The notes under the pieces: generated by a model
Databases searched by the model: none
What the model was told of the DNA's origin: nothing
Seen by the model: the letters and a program-made list of their open reading frames with translations, nothing else
Translations under genes and position numbers: made by a program
UHGV virus genome: UHGV-0125347
Length of the DNA stretch: 41,471 nt
DNA from: a virus
Reading direction: 5' to 3' (one strand)
Part shown: positions 36,094-41,471 of the stretch, piece after piece
Layout of the letters: the number at the start of each line of letters is the position of its first letter
Position numbering within the stretch: the first letter of the stretch is position 1

Positions 36094-37812
36094 ATGGCTA
36101 TTGAGCAAATCAAAGAAACAGATACGCTAAATCAAGGTCGAATTAAGATTAATGCGATTTTGGATCAGTCTAATACTTCTGTAGAAAAAATAAAGGACTA
36201 TCAAGATCAATTAACAACAGGGATTAATGATGCCAAAAAAATTGCTGACGATGCTGGAAAAGAAGCCGTAAACATTGCAGAACAAGCAGGGAATCAAGCG
36301 AATGAAACAGCAAACCAAGCTTTAACTAATTCTCAAACTGCTATAAATACTTCCAATCAAGCGGTATCTACAGCAAATAACAATAAACAAGAATTCGATG
36401 CGTTACGAAACGATTTTGACAAGCTTGTAGGTGAAGCAGGGGACAGCAATCCAGAAATTGTTCAAGCCCGAACTGATACGCAAGGAGTCACTCAACCTAC
36501 GTTAGCTACTCGGTTACAGGTTGACTTTAATGACCGCATGACAAAATCTGAAGGTGTATCGTTACTTTCTGGAACAACAAACGTAAAAATACCTATGGAT
36601 TTCACTGGAAAAACAGCGGGTAATACGGCAACAAATGCAAATCAATATTTTACCGATGTAACAGCTAAAGTACTAAAAAAACCAAAAGATACATGGAATG
36701 AGGTTTCTCAATCTGATTACAACAAATTAGTAAGTCGTGACGATTCTGGCGTAAGCAGTGGTTCAACACAAAATGGTGTTATCCCACAACAGTTAGGTTT
36801 GTTTAACGCTTTGGAAGCTGCAAAAAAATTAATTCCTCAAAATTTTGAAGGATTAAGTCAAGAAGAAGCGGTGGCTTTATTAAAAGATAGCTTTGTGGCT
36901 TTTACTATTAGTGAAAGGGTTAAAGCCACTTCGCCTAACAACAAAACAATTAAAGTTTCCACTTATATTGAGTCAACTGACTCGTGGACCACTCAAATTC
37001 AAGAAAATGCTGGCGAATACAAAGATTTATCAGTACAAGTCACTGATAAAAATTTCATTACTAGCGAGGGTCTTATCTATCTAATTAGCTATACAGATCC
37101 ATCAAATGGAGTGACAACTGCTAATCTTGATGTTGACTATTCAGCTATTCAATTAGAAATTAGTATTAATGCACAAGATGTTTTAGCAAAAAGTGGGTTT
37201 GTAAAAGAGGAACAATTAAAGGCGCATACGGAAAATCAAGAAAATCCACATAAAGTCACAGCAATTCAAGTTGGATTAGGTAATGTGAAAAATTATAGTT
37301 TCGCTTTAGATAGCGAAGCAGTTGCAGGGACATCAACGAGTAAATATATGCATCCTAAAAATGTTTCAGAAGCTATTAGTGGACAAGCGGTGACACAAAC
37401 TGGAGATCAAGAAATATCTGGAATAAAGGATTTTAAAGATGGTATTAAAATTATAGGTAAAGAACCAGTTTTGACAAATTCGACAGTTGATTATGCAATG
37501 GTAGATAAGGATAACAACGCTTCTGTGATGTCAGCTGGTTCTCTTAAATTATATCGTCGCGGCGACCTAGTATATCTTACTGGTTCGTTCCAACTGTCAG
37601 CTTTAAAAGATAACCAAGCAGTTTGGTTTGACATTCCTTCTTGGTCATATCCAATTGAAGCTGTTCGAATGTATGGTAAAACTAGCGGTGAAAAAATGTG
37701 TTTGTTGTATATTAACTTAACAAATAACAATAATATTGTATGCGTGGATAGTGTTGCAAAAGGATCCTGGATTACTATTTCAAGTTGTTGGATGGCTAAA
37801 AACCCATACTAA
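36094..37812 (+). CDS. Receptor-binding / tail fibre protein (BppU-like N-terminus)
   Basis: N-terminal MAIEQIKETDTLNQGRIKINAIL (BppU-like as I recall), coiled-coil middle and beta-rich C-terminal head. Confidence 0.7.
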   Translation: MAIEQIKETDTLNQGRIKINAILDQSNTSVEKIKDYQDQLTTGINDAKKIADDAGKEAVNIAEQAGNQANETANQALTNSQTAINTSNQAVSTANNNKQEFDALRNDFDKLVGEAGDSNPEIVQARTDTQGVTQPTLATRLQVDFNDRMTKSEGVSLLSGTTNVKIPMDFTGKTAGNTATNANQYFTDVTAKVLKKPKDTWNEVSQSDYNKLVSRDDSGVSSGSTQNGVIPQQLGLFNALEAAKKLIPQNFEGLSQEEAVALLKDSFVAFTISERVKATSPNNKTIKVSTYIESTDSWTTQIQENAGEYKDLSVQVTDKNFITSEGLIYLISYTDPSNGVTTANLDVDYSAIQLEISINAQDVLAKSGFVKEEQLKAHTENQENPHKVTAIQVGLGNVKNYSFALDSEAVAGTSTSKYMHPKNVSEAISGQAVTQTGDQEISGIKDFKDGIKIIGKEPVLTNSTVDYAMVDKDNNASVMSAGSLKLYRRGDLVYLTGSFQLSALKDNQAVWFDIPSWSYPIEAVRMYGKTSGEKMCLLYINLTNNNNIVCVDSVAKGSWITISSCWMAKNPY

Positions 37813-37916
37813 TATGGAGCTACATTGTTAAATTATTTAATAAAAGAAAAAATTTTGGAGAACCGTTTAGCGAAAGCTAAGCGGTTTTTGAATTGGAATG
37901 GAAGGTGTAAAACAGT

Positions 37917-38216
37917 ATGACAATTGAATCGTTGGGCGCAATTGCAGGTTCTGTCATGTCGATTGTAGCGTTAATAGCCTTCTTTGTTAAGCCTTATCTA
38001 GATACGTCAAAAAGACTTGACAATACGCTAAAGGACTTAAACGTAACAATAAAACTACTACAAAAAGACTTAGAAGTAGGGAACGAAGACCGAAAAGCAA
38101 TTCACGTTCAGCTAGACAGACATGAAGAACGTTTAGATCGTCATAATGACAGACTGATTGAACACGGAGAACAACTAAAGACACTTTTTAAAGAAAGGAA
38201 GAAAACAAATGAGTAA
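37917..38216 (+). CDS. Lysis-cassette membrane-anchored coiled-coil protein
   Basis: N-terminal TM (AIAGSVMSIVALIAFFV) plus coiled coil. Precedes the holin. Confidence 0.5.
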   Translation: MTIESLGAIAGSVMSIVALIAFFVKPYLDTSKRLDNTLKDLNVTIKLLQKDLEVGNEDRKAIHVQLDRHEERLDRHNDRLIEHGEQLKTLFKERKKTNE

Positions 38217-38439
38217 TAAATTTTATAATACAGCAAAATGGATTGTGCTTACAGTGCTACCCGCTATTTCGGTATTTATTATGACGGTAGGAACAAAAAT
38301 AGGGATTGCAAATCCAGACGATGTTGTCACCGTTTTAAATGCTGGAACAGTTCTTCTGGGGGCAATTCTAGGAGTATCTAGTATCCAATATCAAAAGGGA
38401 CAGGATCAAAATACAGATAACAGTGAGGAGGAAAAATAA
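38209..38439 (+). CDS. Holin
   Basis: 76 aa, two TM helices and a charged C-terminus (DNSEEEK). Confidence 0.75.
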   Translation: MSNKFYNTAKWIVLTVLPAISVFIMTVGTKIGIANPDDVVTVLNAGTVLLGAILGVSSIQYQKGQDQNTDNSEEEK

Positions 38440-38621
38440 TGAATCCTAAAGAAAAAGCGCAAGAGATCGTTTTGGTGTTAGAAAAAGAAAATCTTTCGAA
38501 TCAAACGAAAAAAAGAATGGCTGTCGCAAAAATGAATGAGTGGGCGTTATCTACAAAAATAGAAGTCACAAATGAAGAAATCGAAAAAGAGATAGAAGGT
38601 GCTTACAATGGGCTTAAATAA
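38439..38621 (+). CDS. Hypothetical protein
   Basis: 60 aa, soluble, within the lysis cassette. Confidence 0.4.
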   Translation: MNPKEKAQEIVLVLEKENLSNQTKKRMAVAKMNEWALSTKIEVTNEEIEKEIEGAYNGLK

Positions 38622-39435
38622 TCAATTAAGTGTGGAATGGTTCTTAGAAAGAGTTGGTAAACTATCCTATTCTATGTACGGCTCTCGTAATGGTGCTGAT
38701 GGAACAGCGGATTGTTCAGGATCAATGACGCAGTCTATTAAAGATTCTGGAGGAGTAAACTATGACTACTTGTATTCAACAGTAACACTAGGAAACTATT
38801 TAGATAAAAACGGGTATCAACGTATTTCGATGAATCAAGATTGGCACGCACAAAAAGGAGATGTCGTTCTCATGAGTTGGGGAGCTGATATGTCTTCAAG
38901 CGGCGGAGCTGGCGGCCACGTTGGTGTCATGATGAACGCCACTGATTTTATTAGTTGTGATTATTGGACCGGAGGACAACCAGGAACAGCGATTACTCAG
39001 CATAATTGGGATGAGTATTATGCAGCTACCAAGCCTAATTACATTGAGGTCTGGCGGTTTCAGAACAATCAACCCACTCCACCAGTTCCTCCAGCACCTA
39101 AGCCAACTAAGCGACGTTATGGATACCGAGTAGATGACTTACAGTTCGTGAACGGTATTTGGCAAGTAAGAAATGATGTGTTAGGTCAACCAGATTTTGA
39201 CTGGACAGAAAACGGGATTAATGTTGCCTATATTGATAAAATCAATCCCGCAACTGGAGAGAATACACCTGATCAAGAGTTAAAAGTCGGAGACTATTTT
39301 GCTTTTCAACCGTCATCCGTGGGGATTATTAACGAACAATACCCTCTGAATGGAAGAACAATCTCGCATGTTCAATTCCCTGATGAGTTTATTTGGTTAT
39401 ACACAGAAAGTGTTGAAAAATTGATTTACGGATAA
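38608..39435 (+). CDS. Endolysin: Amidase_5-type N-terminal domain + C-terminal cell-wall-binding domain
   Basis: LSYSMYGSRNGADGTADCSGSM...GGHVGVMM...FISCDYW resembles the Dp-1 Pal-type amidase (recollection). A Pro-rich linker (PTPPVPPAPKP) precedes the C-terminal domain. Confidence 0.85.
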   Translation: MGLNNQLSVEWFLERVGKLSYSMYGSRNGADGTADCSGSMTQSIKDSGGVNYDYLYSTVTLGNYLDKNGYQRISMNQDWHAQKGDVVLMSWGADMSSSGGAGGHVGVMMNATDFISCDYWTGGQPGTAITQHNWDEYYAATKPNYIEVWRFQNNQPTPPVPPAPKPTKRRYGYRVDDLQFVNGIWQVRNDVLGQPDFDWTENGINVAYIDKINPATGENTPDQELKVGDYFAFQPSSVGIINEQYPLNGRTISHVQFPDEFIWLYTESVEKLIYG

Positions 39436-39518
39436 AAAGTTTTACCTAAAAAGAAAGGTAAAGGTATAATGAACGTACTTTTATAAAATAGTTTGTTAAA
39501 ATTATTATCTTTCATGAA

Positions 39519-39550
39519 CCGTCTTCCTCCCGAGGACGGTTTTTGTTTTA
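39519..39550 (+). terminator. Rho-independent terminator of the lysis operon
   Basis: CCGTCTTC-ctccc-GAGGACGG followed by TTTTTGTTTTA. Confidence 0.6.
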
Positions 39551-39599
39551 CATAGAAACACTGGTTTGGTATATTTAAATCCTAAAATCATGTATACGC

Positions 39600-39638
39600 A
39601 AAACCACCTACAATTCTTATAACAGATTGTGGGTGGTT
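39600..39638. terminator. Long hairpin (14-bp stem, 11-nt loop), putative bidirectional terminator
   Basis: AAACCACCTACAAT-tcttataacag-ATTGTGGGTGGTTT. Lies between the convergent lysis operon and the membrane-protein gene. Confidence 0.45.
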
Positions 39639-39741
39639 TTGATTTTAGTAGCATTAAATTAGTTAGTCCAAACATCTCATAACTGTTTGGGCACAGGTTT
39701 GATGTGTAGTTCGATTCCTGTATAGTCAATAGAATACACGT

Positions 39742-41061
39742 TTACTTTACTCCAGTTATTGAGTTTACCCTGTAATAATTTGACATCCATGAATTAAACC
39801 AAGAGTTTTTATCGGTAGATAAATAGGTAGTACCATTATATGGGCTTATAAGGGTGTGAGAAGGAGTTAGAAGGTGCAAATTTACATTCGAATTTTTATC
39901 TGCTTTGTTTATTGTTTCAATTTGAATATTGACTTCTTTGTAGTTCTTTAATATGTCACTAAAACCATAAATATAAGTGATAAGTGAAATGAGCGTTAAT
40001 GCAATTAAAAGATAGCTTTTTAAATTAGTATATTTATGCACGCTATTAAATAGATAAACAATTATTATAATTATGAAAATTGCTGGACCAAAAAAAGTTC
40101 TTAGGGGCGCAGAAGGTGAAACTATTAAACTAAATATTCCAGCAATATGGCCAATAAACAGTATTCCAGTAAATATAAAATCGCATTTAGTAATTTTTTT
40201 CTGATATATAAGAATAAACATCAATGAAAATACTATTAAATATGCAAAGAAAAAATGACTTACGCTTGTTGAATAAATAGAAATAGCATGGTCTTTAAGT
40301 AGATTAAAGCTTAAATCAATGGCCCCTCTTTTTTGTGATCCTGGTGATTTCATCATTATTATAAACCCTATACCGGAACTAACAACTCCTATTAACCTCC
40401 AAATGTCTAATGACTTGGTCTCTATATATTTCCATATTATTAGTAATACAATAATTAAAGTAGTTGCTGGTCCAGAATTCTCATTTGTTGCTCCGGATAG
40501 AAACCCAAGAATGATGGAGCTAGTAATTGTAAAAATATTGGTTTGAAAACTTTGTAAATTGAATAGTAAAAAAGAAGAATAAATAAGGGCCATCCATAGA
40601 TAATTTCCAGAACCAGAGAGCCATAAAACACTTTTACCAAAGTCAGGTATAAAAAGCCAAAGCAATAAAAAAATCAGTAAAAATATGCTAGTGCTATTAC
40701 GAATATTTTTTACTGTATTTGTTATTAAGTAAATCATGATTCCAAGAGATAAGAAAGCAATACTATTAAAAATGTTAAAGTAGAATTTATTAAATTGCAT
40801 AAAGAATTGAACGATCGAATGAGCTACGAATCTGCCATTCCAAATATGATAGTGGGATACTTGAGATTTAAATATACTTCTAAATCCATTAATTTTTTCA
40901 AGAGGTTGTGTGGGCATAGATGATTTGTAAACAAAGCGATAAGCATAGTCATCTGAAACATAATAGGTCATATGATTTAAAATAAACAATAGTAAAAAGA
41001 AAATTAAAAAAATAAATAAAACGAAGAAATTTTTTTTCTTAAATGAGTAGTTTGATAACAT
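39742..41061 (-). CDS. Polytopic membrane protein (Wzy/EpsG/Gtr-like; lysogenic-conversion candidate)
   Basis: 439 aa with about 10-12 TM helices. Extremely AT-rich relative to the rest of the window. RBS AAGGAGA. Confidence 0.75.
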   Translation of the reverse strand: MLSNYSFKKKNFFVLFIFLIFFLLLFILNHMTYYVSDDYAYRFVYKSSMPTQPLEKINGFRSIFKSQVSHYHIWNGRFVAHSIVQFFMQFNKFYFNIFNSIAFLSLGIMIYLITNTVKNIRNSTSIFLLIFLLLWLFIPDFGKSVLWLSGSGNYLWMALIYSSFLLFNLQSFQTNIFTITSSIILGFLSGATNENSGPATTLIIVLLIIWKYIETKSLDIWRLIGVVSSGIGFIIMMKSPGSQKRGAIDLSFNLLKDHAISIYSTSVSHFFFAYLIVFSLMFILIYQKKITKCDFIFTGILFIGHIAGIFSLIVSPSAPLRTFFGPAIFIIIIIVYLFNSVHKYTNLKSYLLIALTLISLITYIYGFSDILKNYKEVNIQIETINKADKNSNVNLHLLTPSHTLISPYNGTTYLSTDKNSWFNSWMSNYYRVNSITGVK

Positions 41062-41366
41062 ATAGTTCTCCTTGGTTATTATTTGTTTAATAAAAAATAC
41101 GGTTTAGCTAATATGATGTTTGCAGTAAGAACTTTAACGATATTTTAATGTTCAACGATTCAGGATGTTGATTTTGTAAATAATCTCTAGCACTCTTGAA
41201 AGATTTCTGATAATCTTACTAGAAAGAGTCCCTATTTTCTAAGTTGCACTCATTTGATCGCTAATATAAAAATATATATTCAGTTTTTTTATTGTAAACT
41301 TTTCATTCAATACTATATGAAAACGTTAGTTTTTTCAATAGAAATTTTTTAGATAATTCAGCGTTA

Positions 41367-41471
41367 TGCACTAATCAAAGATTTCCTCACAAGCATTTTC
41401 TCAATGACAAGTTGATTTCGTTTATTCAGATGACCATAGACAGCTAGTTCAGACTTTTCGGGCAGCATTAG
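41367..41471 (-). CDS. Open reading frame reaching the right window edge (possible 3' part of the ORF at 1-141)
   Basis: 35 open codons reading leftward from 41471 to the TAA at 41364-41366. In frame with 1-141 if the molecule is circular. Confidence 0.25.

Noticed and set aside
39505-39729. Minus-strand 74-aa ORF between the lysis operon and the membrane-protein gene
   Set aside because: Spans two terminator hairpins. Cys/Lys-rich nonsense composition and no RBS.
1-41471. tRNA, rRNA or CRISPR features
   Set aside because: No cloverleaf-compatible segments or repeat-spacer arrays were noticed on reading. A formal scan was not possible.

Overview
The window reads as an essentially complete temperate siphovirus genome or prophage of a low-GC Gram-positive host (Lactobacillales-like; about 35% GC with a much more AT-rich right end). 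The modules are in the canonical order. Lysogeny arm on the minus strand (262-3792): a large serine recombinase, two small ORFs, a lipoprotein, an ImmA-like metallopeptidase and an XRE repressor. A divergent promoter/operator region follows, then a Cro-like protein on the plus strand. Early region (about 4.2-18.9 kb): an SMC-like ATPase, a Sak4-like ATPase, a putative SSB, an SF2 helicase, an orphan amino-methyltransferase, YopX-like and DUF1642-like proteins, many tiny translationally coupled ORFs, a Prim-Pol/helicase with an ori-like repeat region, RusA and an ArpU-like late regulator. Late region (19.5-39.4 kb): TerS, TerL, portal, an Mu-F-like minor head protein, scaffold, major capsid, connector proteins, major tail protein, an Ig-like protein, G/GT chaperone, tape measure, Dit, Tal, receptor-binding protein, holin and an Amidase_5-type endolysin. 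A convergent AT-rich polytopic membrane protein (39742-41061, minus strand) lies between the lysis genes and the integrase side. The most interesting observations: (1) a conserved 21-aa peptide encoded in the -1 frame immediately after both the major capsid and major tail stop codons, reachable by frameshifting at G-run or GGGAAAG sites, with the tail copy in frame (one TAA away) with a downstream FN3+Big_2 ORF; (2) an antisense, self-promoted Zn-ribbon/DUF4145-like moron inside the replication module, a candidate defence gene; (3) evidence that the window is a circular permutation, since a minus-strand ORF reads continuously across the window ends and an attP-like inverted repeat abuts int; (4) a membrane-protein moron that may mediate lysogenic conversion. 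All protein-family calls are from reading the translations without database searches.
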